A DNA stretch of 64,000 nucleotides from Octopus bimaculoides (GCF_001194135.2 NC_068995.1:19511260-19575259); one strand, 5' to 3'. Counted from the stretch's first letter, positions 26,320-39,810 are shown. Notes: generated from the sequence alone by a model not told the origin. Made by a program: numbers and translations.

Positions 26320-26769
26320 GCATGGGGTGGTGGGTGTGTACATTAACTAATTGTTTTCTATATAGCCGACGTTATGGTAATTTTAAATGTAAACGAATCC
26401 ATTATCGTGTTACTTTTAATAAATTAAGAATTTTAACCTTGTTAAAAGTAAAACTATATACTGACTTAACTACTTTCTTCCTCGAGTGTTTATACTGTAT
26501 GAATAGATATCTGACGCTTTCCTCTCTGCTGTCAATGTTTAGCAAAATTATAAACTAGGCAAATTTAGACGAAGCTCTTGTCTACATTAGTTGGTTTAAT
26601 TCTTAACAAAGCTAAAAATGGGCATGTAAATTTTGCCTTATATTTCGTACTGTACTAACAGAAAACAGTTCCTTCTTTTACACAGGTAACTAAATCATCG
26701 GTTTTTCATACACAGTTAGTGCTAAGTAGAATAAAATTAACTATCAGTAACAATATTGTTTCATTCTAG

Positions 26770-26859
26770 GAACAGAAGGTGTGAAGCGATCTCTCACGCG
26801 ACTCTAAAGAAACTTCAAACCAGTCCTGGCGGCCTTGTTTTTTGCACAGAGACGAAACA
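26770..26859 (+). CDS. Candidate 90-nt symmetric exon (xNRRCEAISHATLKKLQTSPGGLVFCTETKx)
   Basis: Acceptor tgtttcattctag|G, donor ACA|gtatgt, length a multiple of 3, one open frame (phase 2-2). No homology recognised. Confidence 0.3.
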
Positions 26860-26963
26860 GTATGTAACAATATTATCACAACGAAATTAAATAGCAAGAT
26901 CACTAAAATACATATTATATCACGAAGGTTAGCACATACACACACACACATTACCTAACACGA

Positions 26964-27007
<44 letters not shown>

Positions 27008-27553
27008 NNNNNNNNNNACACACACACACACACACACAAACACACACATACACACACATATATATATCCAATATGCAAGTGAATAGAAGAATGAAATGGG
27101 TAAATTTGGACAATGTTCTATAAATGAACCTGTGCAGGTATGCAATAAAACGCCTATTGTTAATTCGAGTCAAAGTAGCGTTATTCCATACTCCAATGGC
27201 AAATACAGTCTATAATTTCACTGTCTCCCTACTCTCTTTTTTCTTCCTATTTATCTGTGTGTGCTTGTATGTATGTATGTAATTCTGTATGCATCCAACT
27301 CTGCATGTGCACGCGTATATATATATATATATATNNNNNNNNNNNNNNNNNNNNNNNNNNNNNNNNNNNNNNNNNNNNNNNNNNNNNNNNNNNNNNNNNN
27401 NNNNNNNNNNNNNNNNNNNNNNNNNNNNNNNNNNNNNNNNNNNNNNNNNNNNNNNNNNNNNNNNNNNNNNNNTATTTTATGTATTTATTTATATATATAT
27501 ATACACATACACTCTACCATGCATACATATTGTCTTCATTCTAAGCGAGTGAG

Positions 27554-27588
<35 letters not shown>

Positions 27589-28626
27589 ACATATGGGTGT
27601 GTATGTGTATTCATAGACATTAGACGATGAATGTGAAAGAAGGCACTTGATTATGCCATTCTCTGTCCCGAGTTAAAATACTCCTTCTGTTCAAGTCACG
27701 TTTCGGTTTTCGCGCATCAGGGAAATAAGTGACATTCTAGTACCAGTGGGGATTAAATCGGCTTCGTCCTGTTTCATCAATTTGTTACTTTTGTAGTAAA
27801 GTTGGAAATCAATGCAGATATTCCACGAATGACGAATATAGAATATATTTTCTATTGAATACTGATTTTTAATAAGTTGTTGTTTCTGAAAACGTCTCTC
27901 CCATGTCAAGATACAAATTTATTTCATAAAATCGGAAAACGGGAAGAATATCAATAATACAATAAAGATATAAGTCTAACGTTTCGAGTGCACAGAAGGA
28001 AAAATGCTTTTTTTTTTTCTAATCATATTAATAGGCAAACTATGTCCCAATATAATTGATTTTTTTTTTGTTTTTTTTTGTTTTGTTTGAGGATCAATAA
28101 ACAGAGCTAGGGTAGGTAATGCCTTGATCATTAATAAAATGAGGTTGGATGGCAGAATTTTGTGAGGAATAATGTTCAAGTGTGAACAGGACAATATTTT
28201 GTTCTTTTTTTTTAACTCAAAGTATTATGTACAAGTTGCCTGCATTTTGGGAGCTATTTGCAATAGGCAAGTTGGAGTAAAACTAGTGCGTCTATATTTT
28301 GAGCAATTATAAAACGACTTCCTTAAATACATTTGCACGTGATCATAAAATTACCGCTCTGGAGTGCAAATGTTTCCTAAAGCACTTCATACTTCCCAAC
28401 TTGCATAAAATAAAACTAAGGGTCATTTGGTCAGTTAATAGAATCTAAAAACAATATCATGAAAGAGATATGAATCCAACTTGTACAAATCGCAACTTCT
28501 CAAATCGGCCAGTTATAGCCATTATCTTCAAAATCTGTTATCCAACGTTTCCCCGCACTTACTTCCTGAAACGTTTCGCTGCTTACTATACTTATAAATC
28601 TACAATACTAATAAGAAAGAAAACAC

Positions 28627-28948
28627 TGGTACATCGTCGGTTACGACAACATATGTTTTAGTTGATCCGTTCATTTGAACAGCCTGGTCGTGAATTTAAT
28701 GTGCAAGTGACTGGGACACTCCGCACACAGGTGTACGCCTTACGTAGGTGTCTGGCAGATTCAGTGTGACAGAGAACTTGACAAGGCTGGCCCTTTCAAT
28801 TACGGGTACAACTCAGTTGTGTCAGCTGAGTGGAGTGGAGCAACGTGAAATAAAATATCTTGCTCAAGGACACAACGGACTGCGACAATCGACCTCACAA
28901 CCTTACGATCTAGAATTGAATACCCTAACCACTAGGCCACGCGTCTTC
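28627..28948 (-). mobile_element. tRNA-derived SINE, family C
   Basis: Minus-strand head GCGTGGCCTAGTGGTTAGGGT (box A), then TGTGTCCTTGAGCAAGATA. The 3' half is shared with 687-1011. Confidence 0.8.
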
Positions 28949-29099
28949 AAAATAAGAAAGGGACAATTACAATAGCACATATCATTTTATTATAATGATC
29001 AGAAGAAGAATAATTGAAATAACACACGCAGTTTATTAATGTGATCCCTGTAGTTGATGAACATGAGAAAGTTTTGTAATATTTGGTTCTAAATTTTGC

Positions 29100-31130
29100 G
29101 AAAGAGATCATAAAACCCACGCAGTACTACATTCATTCGGTTTCTATTCTTCATCAAAATTTGATTTCCTGTCCTAAAACATTTTCCCACCATGAAGTAG
29201 AATGTAAAAGCAATAAAATTAGATTGGATTCCTTCAACAGTTAGGATATTACTGACGACATTGGAACCATATTTAATACAGTTTTTGATTTTCAGAAATC
29301 TTTATTTCTTCATCATATTGTGAATCAATGTTTGGCTCCTCTGAATCAATTTTTTTGTTCTATTTTGAACACAAATGTGATTTTCATCCAGTTAAGAATT
29401 CTTGGTTTAATTAAATCATTAAAAGTTCACTCAAATATTCCTTTGATTGTCGCAAATGTGTTGAGTAGGTCCTCAGACTATCATCTGTAAATTATTTTGA
29501 AAGGATCTTCATTGATGGAAGCTGACAAAAATCCCTTCGGCCACTGTTTCGCGTGTACAATTCAATGTTACTTACAAACATGCTGACTACATTCTGTGCG
29601 TGTTTCAAATTTAAATTGTCTCCTTGCATTTGCATATTCACAGTATTCGCCTTGCAACAAATTAAAGTACATCTCTACGAATATAGTCAATGCATTTAGC
29701 TAGTTAACCATAACGATTTATAGGTAAAAATTCGGCAACTTGAAGAAATATATCGGACTTCAATGTCGGCAAGTAATGTTTCAACTTTCTTCATATACCA
29801 CAAAATTGATAGGGTAGCTTAATGTTTAAAACCTGAATCTTTATTTTCTTGTGGTTGTAAATCATCTACTCACAAACTGTCTCAAAGTAATGCAGATGAA
29901 TTACACAGTGAACAGCCAACAGACAAGACACTTCTTTTCCATATATGATTCGAAAGCTCCAACTGTCACAGATCGTGTACCATCAGTTACCCTTTTTACT
30001 TGCTTCAGTCATTTGACTGAAGCCATGCTGGAGCACCGCCTTTAGTCGAGCAAATCGACCCCAGGACTTATTCTTTATAAGCCTAGTACTTATTCTATCG
30101 GGATCTTTTGCTGAACCGCTAAGTTACGGGACGTAAACACACCAGCATCGGTTGTCAAGCGATGTTGGGGGAACAAACACAGACGCACAAACACACATAT
30201 ATATATACATATACATATATACGACGGGCTTCTTTCAGTTTCTGTCTACCAAATCCACTCACAAGGCTTTAGTCGGCCCGATGATATAGTAGAAGACACT
30301 TGCCCAAGGTGCCACGCAGTGGGACTGAACCCTGAACCATGTGGTTGATAAGCAAGCTACTTACTTCACAGCCACTCCACGATACCATTTTATGATATGT
30401 ATTTTTTTTTTTTTTTGGTGGGTGGGTTTCTTAACTTCGAGGTACTATTTTTTTCTTAAAGAAACTTTAAAAATTGCTTCTCCCTTTGTATCTGTTATCA
30501 ATGATTTAGAACCATTTCTTCAAAGACTTTCTTTTCTTCAACAAAAAAGACTATATGTCATTAAAAATGCTTGATATGTTTATAATTGATTTGTCAAGTT
30601 ATATGCTAAACACTCTCTTTCTAAGTTCCATGCACAACAGATTTTCAGTAACCTCATCTATTTCATCTCTGTGGAGAGAAACAGTACTATTCCTAAAAAA
30701 AGAATCGATTTTAAAATATTTGTATCAACTTTAGGGATGGTGGCAAGAATTTTAGATACTGAGGATACTATTAGCACATTTGGAATAACGTGTTGACTTC
30801 CACATTTAACAATTAGCTGTGATATATTGCATGGAGCGATGTGACAACTGTCAAATTTTAAATTAGGTCATTATTATCATATCTAGTTTACGGCGTCATT
30901 AAAATGTCTGAATTCTTCAGAAAATGCCGAAACTTCGTTTCTTTGTATCTTCAATGGCTATCAGGAGAGTTGTTCAAGAATTGATCTGGACTACATTATT
31001 TAAGATCAGATTGAACAGACAGAAATAACGAGAGTACAGATGGGACATTCATCAGTCGATAAAGATGATAAGAAAATATTTTCAATCCAGTATTCCATAC
31101 GGAAATTAACAAACTAAAGACAAGAATTTT
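29100..31130 (-). mobile_element. hAT (Buster/Charlie/ZBED5-like) transposase fossil, interrupted by a SINE
   Basis: Ordered motifs across frameshifts: STDECPICTL, NSTVS..DEI..ENLLCMELRK..FSI*LDKS, LITDTKGEAIFKV, [SINE], VTDGTRSV, LAVHCVIH (CxxH), LLADIEVRY (cf. LLHTEVRW), GRRDFCQLPS. TIRs not found. Confidence 0.85.
29991..30378 (-). mobile_element. Full-length CORE-like tRNA SINE, family B
   Basis: Minus-strand head GGAGTGGCTGTGAAGTAAG (box A), GGTTCAGTCCC (box B), CACCTTGGGCAAGTG CORE-like segment, internal (AT/AC)n, tail ..CAAGTAAAAAGG. Confidence 0.92.
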
Positions 31131-31903
31131 CAAATATTACAGCGTTGTGAAATATTAACTGTTGAAAGCAGCTACCAGTTTATCTAGATTTAGTACTGCA
31201 GAATAAGTTTTGTTATCCTACAAAGATAATGACTATCAACATCGTTAGCATAGGGCTCATAACTATGCGAAACTCATGAAAATCAGAGAAATAACGCATT
31301 TACAATGTAATGTCATGCATCATTTCATAATTTGCTAGAATTTTATTGATGGTCTATAAACACATATATTTGCACTGATTTCATTTACCAATTTATTGTC
31401 TTGCATATCTGATAGAACCAAAATGTTTATATATTTAAGATCGGGTCGCTGATAATCCGTCTCACTCAGTGCAGAACAAACTTTACTAAAATATATTCTT
31501 TTTGCATTACATTAATTGCATTACGTGCAGTAGTTGCATGTTTCCGATTGAAACATATTTAATTACATTTAAACATTTAGTGTTTTACAATGTGGTGACA
31601 TCTTACATTCTTCCGTTTCTCCACTAACTAAATACAAAACATTGCACGCTGTATCTAGTCATATATTTAACAGAGAAAGTTTGAAAATTAGGTTAAGATG
31701 TTGTAAAAGCAAATGGTATAAATCTAAACAGATTAGTTGATTAAGTCATTTTAAACATAAAACTGTTATAGAGTAATTAGATCTTGCATTTAAATCAACT
31801 GACGAAATAGTTTCAGCTTTATCAAACATCCTCGGGAAAGCATATAATGTACATCTGGCAGCATTGTATGTGACCAAAACAGAGACGCAGATAATGAATA
31901 TCA

Positions 31904-31984
31904 ACAATATGGCTGAGGAAAAGTACCCCAGGAGAGCGTTTTGCATACTTAATGCTCATACGTACTTCCTCTCAGCCATATTGT
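31904..31984. ncRNA. Pre-miRNA-like hairpin (strand undetermined)
   Basis: 23-nt arms with no bulge (20 WC pairs plus wobble/mismatch), then a 7-bp upper stem GAGCGTT/AATGCTC and a 10-nt loop. Structure only. Confidence 0.35.
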
Positions 31985-33109
31985 AAATAAAATATAATTA
32001 AAACTAGAATAGACAGTTTTCTCATTAGTAGTTTATTTGGTCCCTTGAGACTTAATACAGCATCAAAAGATCCTTTTAACATCAACATGTTTGCTTTAAT
32101 GAGATATAATTGTATCTATTAATGTCTTGTGCACCATCAATAAATTTTACACTTTCTGTATTGCGTGCAGCAAAGTGTGTTATATTTTCACCAAATTGGG
32201 GCCACGACAGTTTCGATTCTAGGTTGAAATTATTTCAGAAGAATCATACTACTAATTATATTTTATGAGAGAACATCATGAATGACTGCTTCTCATTATT
32301 CTTCGCTTCCAAAATTTAGAGGTTTTGTTTCAAACGGAGAAAACAAAAGTTACAGCCTTCGATGTGTGCTACAATCTTTTCATCAAGAAATTCCAGATTT
32401 GGATTCTTGTTCTGTTTTTCATATGTGTCATACAACTCCTGGAAAACATGTGAAGTTCCAAATATTTTCTTTTGGGGTAAAATAGCATAAATATCCTTAA
32501 TTCGATATACAGTACTCCAGTGAATCGGACCAGCCACTACACAATCTTCCATTTCAAATGTTTTTGTTTGTTTTTCATTAGCACCGTCACAGTACTCCAA
32601 CGCTACTCTGCTCCTGTTAACATCAACATTGAAGGGAACAGCACCAGAACTTGAGTATATATGTGTGTGTGTGAGTGTGTGTGTGTATGTTTGTGTGTGC
32701 GTGCGCGCGTTTGTTTATCTATATATATACATTGTTTATCTCTTCATCAATTCTCCCACTCTGCCCAGTATTTCTGGGAAGTTCGTGGGGGTAGTGCCCT
32801 CGGGCATTCTTCCATAGGTTCCTATCAGAGGCAACAGTCATTACACTTTCTGGATGGAATCCCCAAGTGTGACCAACTGAGATTATGGATATTATCCAAT
32901 CATTTTGTTTTAAGTCAACTCTAAGGTCTCCATCCGGTTGGTGCAGCTTAAAGAATCTGTCTTCCGATTCCTTCCTGCTACATTCTAATAAACGACCCGT
33001 AAAACCGGAGCTGTGAACTCTCAACTTGAAAGAGCACAGAACGAAACCATGTAAGACTAACATTGCTGTTGTTGTTGTTGTTATATGTAGCATAAGCATA
33101 AGAAATATA

Positions 33110-33425
33110 ATTTGTGAGCGTAGTCAGTCGCTACCATTGAAATTCGCAGCTGAGTGGGACTTTAGTCTATTGACCATGATGGCTTGAAAGGCAAAGTTGA
33201 CGGCAGCGAGATTTGAATGTAGGATAAAAGAAAATGGAGCAAATACTACACGGTATTTTTTCGAAGCTCAAACGATTCTGCAACATCCCTGCATTTCCAA
33301 TAATTATAATAATTTCAAATGTTGGCCCAAGGCTAGCAATTCTGAGGAGGAGGTAAATCGGCCCTAATGTTCAACTGGTACTTGTTTTATCGGCCTTGAA
33401 AGAATGCAAGCGCTTAGTTCGTCCT
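33110..33425 (-). mobile_element. Two diverged SINE family A fragments
   Basis: TGAAAGGCAAAGTTGACGGCAGCGAGATTTGAA (33188-33220) and TTTCAAATGTTGGCCCAAGGCTAGCAATT..TTCAACTGGTACTTGTTTTATCG (33313-33392). Confidence 0.65.
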
Positions 33426-33929
33426 GAATATTCAAGCTAAGTGCTGCTAAAATGAGAAATACCTGTGTTCGAGAAACAAAGCAGACCTAATTTGGCTTCG
33501 TTGCTATGTTGCACCTTTCCCATTCGGGTTTATTGGACGACTTTTATCCCCTCCTATCATAGAACAAGCACCATTATCTCTCAAAAGGAGCTTCGATGCT
33601 TTACGTTGGAGAATATGCCAAGGACGAATTTTACTTTGTGCGCGTTAGTTGCTATAACCTTCCTCGCGCCTCTTTTAAGTTTTTAACTAAGTTTCCCTCT
33701 ATTCTAGTTTTCTGTATGGCCAAAACCTTAGTAGGCCTTAACGATTTTCCTCTGATCATTCTTTCCAAGATGGACCACAAATTTTGCTGACGATATACAA
33801 TGTCAATATCTACTTATCTAATTCGCTAATATCTCTAAACATACGAAGTCTGTATATAATTATAAACATGTACGTGTATATACATACATACACACACAAA
33901 CAAACGCTCACACACACGCACGCACACAT

Positions 33930-33964
<35 letters not shown>

Positions 33965-36177
33965 CACATATATATATATTATACACAAGATTCATATTAT
34001 GAGACCAGGCATCTTTATTTTGTCAAGACAACGATATATAGCGCAATCATATGCCCACTCGCGCATACACACACACGCACACACACACGCACACACACAC
34101 ACACACACACACGCACACACTCTCTCTCTCACACACACGCACATACACAAACACACACACATACAGGTATGCATGTAAGAAATTGAATGCTGCTGTAAAG
34201 TCGAATCTACAGTGCACCGGATTAGACAACGTCCAACAGGTACTGTTTACGATCTAGTAGACTTTTCATTTTGTCTTTCCAGGATGAATGAAATGAACAT
34301 ATTTAATGGATTAACTTTTCATTTAAAAAGAACTGAATACTTCCACCGAGTCTAATCTTGTTTAACCTTTACAGAAGTTTCCTTATAACTAATCGTCAGT
34401 AACAAAGATTATAGAACTTCACAAGAAATTAGGAAATATTTTCAGCCCCTAATTAAAGCAATTTTTCTCCAACTACGCTGTGAATGTCCATAAAAAAAAA
34501 CTTAGCAAGACTTACATACTTTTGTTATGCATGTATTGAGCACAGTTGATTAGAAAACGGACGCATGGTTGTAAATTTTTGTGATTGAGTTCTTGTTTGA
34601 AACTAGTTTCAATTTCCTTACATGGTTCGAAATTAGTTCCAGTCCCTTTATATTTACACTCCTTACCACTCAGTTGTAAGGAGTATAAATAACAAATTCC
34701 CATTTATTCTCCTCTAAAACATAAGTTCTCTTCTCGTGATCAGGGACAAACAATATGTTTATTGTGTGCATAGTTTCTTGCTGTTTCCCTGTTGTCTAAT
34801 TTTAAATAAATGATACTGTTATTGCTACGAACTTTCTTGTCAATTTGCCAATCTTCTAAAGCGAGACATCACAGTGAGTGAAATAAATTGCCTTCGTAGC
34901 TAATCAAGTGACAACCATGAGAATAACACTGATTAATTACTTAGTTTTCTCCTCCAAGTTACGTGCATTGAGGTTGCTAATTATTCATCAACGCATTTCG
35001 GTGCCGGGGTCGAAATGTTGGTTCATCAGTGACCCTTAATATCACTTATATCACGCAAATACAATGACGTCCATTCTTTAGTTGGGTAAAACTAGACATT
35101 TATTGTGAAAATGCCTGGCAGAAAAATCAATGTCGTTGAAACAAAACAATATCCTAACGAAAATTTAATGTTGTTTCGCGTTACTTATCTACAGTAATAT
35201 TCATTGATTGTTCTTTTTAATGATAGCAAATGCCCTAGTGTTTAACAAAAAAGGAACAGGAGTTAATGTGACATTCATGAATATCCCCCAAAACATAAAA
35301 ACATCGAAATTAAAAAATTACTTACAGGGAAAATGAGAACGGGGATGTTATGTTGAAACATGTACATTTTCGTGCTGCTTTCCAAGACCAACATAATAAT
35401 TGTCTTCAAACCCAAGCTCTAACTCATTATCATAACCTAGATTCATTACATAGAAAAGAATTCCGTGTTATTTTTAAAATTAAATTACTTTCAAATTGAT
35501 CGTTTCTTTCAGCACAAAGTGAGATAGCTGAACTAGATAATTTCATGATATTGTTACTAAGTTGATTTATTGCTAGAGATAATAAGATATCAGAAGTTTA
35601 TGGGGCCATCCCAGTGACCAGTACAATGAAATACTCAATATTCCAGTCTGTGTAAATTCAAGTAAGTACCCCATGAGACATATTTCCTCATTATACTACC
35701 AGGAGAACATTCTATTTCAGAAATCATTTATTAGCTTGCAGTACTCATTTTTCTAATTCCTGAGGCAAAAATATATCGTTTCATAGATCCTAACCTCAAG
35801 CTAAAGAAACTAGTATGAACTTGTCCAGTATACTACCAAAGGGCGTTAAGGAAAATTTTATTTTAGAGGGGTTTTAAGATTTCCAACATTTTTGTAGGCT
35901 TTTGTTTTTGTGATTCCACCTTCACCGTTGCCAGTGCTATGCCCTACTTGGTGAACTTCTCATGTACTGACTTTTTCATGTTCAAATAATTTCACTTCTA
36001 AGAAAACATTTACATAAGTATTAATATCGCAATTCCAATTTATCAGATTTTCAATTTGATAATGTCAAATATATTTTGAAGATTATGTCAGATCATTCAG
36101 AGTCAAAAACTACTGACGCACTCTTGTCTTGTTTCGAATCCAACTGTCTCGTTCATAAATATATAACATATTTGTTA

Positions 36178-36372
36178 TTGGTTTCAAAATTTTGGCACAA
36201 GGCCAGCAGTTTTAGAGGAGAGGCTTAGTCGATTTCATCGACACCAGTACTCAACTACTACTTATTTTATCGACACCGAAAGGATGAAAGGCAAAGCTGA
36301 CTTCGGCGTATTTCGAACTCAGAGCGTACATGAAATGCCGCTAGGCATTTCGCCTGGCGTGCTAACAGTTCT
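36178..36372 (-). mobile_element. SINE family A
   Basis: TTTCAAAATTTTGGCACAAGGCCAGC..GAAAGGATGAAAGGCAAAG..GAACTCAGAGCGTA..CGCCTGGCGTGCTAAC. Confidence 0.9.
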
Positions 36373-36598
36373 TATTTCTTTATTGCCCACAAGGGGCTAA
36401 ACATAGAGGGGACAAACAAGGACAGACAAAGGGATCAAGTCGATTACATCGACTCCAGTGCGTAACTGGTACTTAATTTATCGACCCCGAAAGGATGAAA
36501 GGCAAAGCCGACCTCGGCGAAGTTTGAACTCAGAACGTAACGGCAGACGAAATACCGCTAAGCATTTCGCCCGGCGTGCTAACAATTCTGCCAGCTGG
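36373..36598 (-). mobile_element. SINE family A', young subfamily with GTCC-rich tail
   Basis: Close reverse-complement match to 56863-57092 along its full length. Confidence 0.92.
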
Positions 36599-36624
36599 CA
36601 GCATTATAATATACTTAATATTAG

Positions 36625-36770
36625 CTCTCAGATTTACGTTCTGATTTCAAATTCCAAGGTCAGCTTTACTGTTTATTTTTCTAGGGTCGATAAAATAAGT
36701 ACCAGTTGAGTACTGCGTTCGATGTAAGCGACTTAGCCCCGTCCCCCAAAATTTGAAACCAGTATTAGCG
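36625..36770 (+). mobile_element. SINE family A fragment
   Basis: TTACGTTCTGATTTCAAATTCC..GGGTCGATAAAATAAGTACCAGTTGAGTACTG..GATGTAAGCGACT..AAAATTTGAAACC. Confidence 0.85.
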
Positions 36771-39184
36771 CTCAAATTTCTAACTGGAGGCATAATACTT
36801 CACTAGCAACTCCTACCGTATTTAGACAGTGTCGAATGAAATTAAAGCAGCATACCGGATTTAAAATCTATAACAATGGTGTTTTGACTGCAAAAACCTC
36901 TTAGTTGACCTTATATTATTTTTAATAAAATAGATATATTATACTACGGTGATTTATCTACATGCATCGTAGTCCCTATGACAAAATAGAAACTGACTTA
37001 TGAGAGGACGATACACTGAAAGTGCTATTGCATTTCATGGAATTCATCACACTGGATAGCATTTCCCTTCTTCTCAATTTGGTTATGGAGGTGGTTCCGC
37101 GATCATGATACCACATATTTCCACCACAACAGATTCGAAAAACATTGCTAGCGATCTCAGCTCTGTCATGCTAGGAGGCTTGGTTCTGGCATCAACATTT
37201 GCAAGTTGCTCTGAAACTGAATCGTTGTGGATCACATCCTAGATTAAAGACTTACACTTCAGAAGAGAATGATTGCTGAAACATCACTTTTTCTGATGGA
37301 CCCTCAGTTTGATATCACTTTTGAAGGTTGCGAAAGAAAATGAGATGCATTTATAACACGCATCACAATATTATTGTCAAATTATTGTTAATAATGTTGA
37401 TGATGTAGTAACGGTCAAGTATTTAACTTAGTTTTCATTTTTTGGAGAAAGGGCAAATTCCACAATAGTGATGACGTTTTAAGAATCGTCTTGAAAAGTA
37501 TTCAGCATTACATTAAAAGGCATTATTATTACTATTAACAGAGTTTGGGGCTTCGTATCATGATGACATAGTGAAAAATTGGGAAGGAGTCCATTCGATG
37601 ACATACTGATAATCATTGACAATTGAAGATGTAACTGATAGCACATTGATGATTCATTGATGTACTTTTGATCATTTGTCGATGACATAGTGATTTATCG
37701 GTGATTTTATTGTTGAAGATATGAATGAGATATTGTCGACTTATTGATGACTTATTGATCATGATATTGATGGTTTAATTATGATGAATCACTCATATTT
37801 CTGATGACTTATTTATGTTTTCCTTCTGACACATTTATGATTTATTACATGTAGAACATCATTAACCCTAACGCTAATTCAACATAAACTAGTTGAAATT
37901 TTGCTTAATTACATTTTTTATCGTTTGAGTTACAGATATTGTTACAAAAATAATATCACTTTTACTACAGTTATATATTTTTTCTTGTTTTGTCTTCTAT
38001 GGCGTTTTTCCTTTCTGGTTGATATCCATTTTCCATCGAATGATACTATTTCCTGTCAATGCTACAGCTATCGCCTATTAGATCACTAATCTTATTAATA
38101 CTCTACTTTTAAACATAGCCAATTGTTTAATTTAGTGTCTCTATGGTCCTATAATCAACTACACCAGCAACATCTGTACACATCGCTGTATTTACAATTC
38201 AGCAACATCATTGCTCTCTAGAAACTCCAGTGATATATCTCAAAGACATCATACGCACACACACCCCACAGATACATATACAAAACACTCATACTACCGC
38301 TACAGAAATCATTTTCTCTTTCCGAAAAGAATAAAAACCCACCAGAAACAAGAGGACAAAGAAAATAAATAACATCAACATAAAAAGGGGCATTTAGTAT
38401 CAGCTCCACATATAATATATATATGCTGTGTTTTATTCAATTATCTGTCATTAATCTACAGTGGTTTGCCATCACCAATGGCTGATCTGAGCGTCTGGGA
38501 TTTATCGGAAGCATTCCCTAACTTAGTTAGCACCTGCTGTGTACGAACTGTTCTTCAAGTTTAGTTATCAACATTTGCATTCTCTCAAAATTGGACCATT
38601 ATTTAATAAAGTCTCTCATCAGCTCTATACAACGTAAGTGTTTGTATGCACCAACACATATATAGCTGACTCTCACTATATACGAGTTACAACAAAAGAG
38701 AGAACAAGAGAGAGGGAGAGAAAGAGAAAGAGAGTGTATGTGTGCGTGAGAGAGAGAGAGAGAGACAGAGAGAGACAGATAGAGACAGAGAGAGAGAGAG
38801 ATGAAGAGGCAATAAAAAGAAGGAAGATAGAACCATATTTAGAAACCCCCTAACAAATATAGATGATTTAACAGTGAAATAACCCTATCACAAAAGCCAA
38901 TTAGTCTTCCTTTCAAGTTTCAGAAGTCGTTTAACAACAGTTAAGCGATGCTTTCATATTGCTTCAGACTTTTTCAAAACTTATCTTCCGAGATAAAAAA
39001 AAAATTACCAAGTAAAATAAGCAAAACAAATGGGCATTCAAACGAAATCGACTTGCTCTACAAAGAAATCTGTATATTTATATAATCATATTATATGCAT
39101 ATATACATGCGCAAAGTATANNNNNNNNNNNNNNNNNNNNNNNNNNNNNNNNNNNNNNNNNNNNNNNNNNNNNNNNNNNNNNNN

Positions 39185-39237
<53 letters not shown>

Positions 39238-39548
39238 ATACGTGTGTGTGTGTATGTGTGTATATATATATATATGTGAATATACATTTGTGTATATATG
39301 TATATATATGTGTGTATATGTGTGTGTGCATGCCAAATTACCAACTAAATAAACGGATACACACACACACATATATAAACATAGATATATATTATTTCAT
39401 GAAATGTGTAAATATATACATATATGTGTATATATGCGTGTGTGTACGTTTCAGAGAGACAGAGAAACAGAGGGGGACAGCTGGACAGAGGGAGACAGAG
39501 TGAAACAGAAAGCGATCTCTTATATGAACAAATGTATATCTAAAGAGT

Positions 39549-39810
39549 ATTAAATCAAATTAATCCTCTCCATCACCAATAAACATCTCATTAAAATTAA
39601 CAATGTACTCACCTCATAAACGATCTTGTAAGCAACTGAACGAAGAGACCTTAACGAAGCGTACTTAGAATTAGAAAGCCAACCAGCTCCCATTACTGAG
39701 CATATACCAATCCTTAAAATACACAAGGACATTATACCTATTCCCAACCCCCGGGTATAAAAGATTACTATTGCATAATATTACAAAAACAATGAAACAA
39801 CAATCCCCAA
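39549..39810 (-). pseudogene. ND1: NUMT: nuclear copy of a mitochondrial NADH dehydrogenase subunit 1 fragment
   Basis: LGIVVSLFL*..SVMGAGWLSNSKYASL(S)SLRSVAYKIVYEVSTLLILM(S)CLL matches the ND1 signature GAGWxSNSKY..LRxVAxxIxYEV. AGA/AGG fall at Ser positions (invertebrate mitochondrial code). One TAA sits at an expected TGA(Trp) position. Confidence 0.9.

Noticed and set aside
27690-27725. Hammerhead-like CTGATG..CGAAACGTG on the minus strand
   Set aside because: A9 is missing, stem II does not pair, the cleavage position is G and there is no stem I.
31746-31946. 66-aa ORF with a hydrophobic N-terminus
   Set aside because: Short, no homology or splice support, and it overlaps the hairpin.
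32730-33000. Possible RTE LINE C-terminus (SVMTVASDRNLWKNA)
   Set aside because: A single weak motif with no upstream RT or proper tail.
38218-38409. C/A-rich stretch suspected to be a second NUMT
   Set aside because: The translation matches no mitochondrial protein motif that I recognise.
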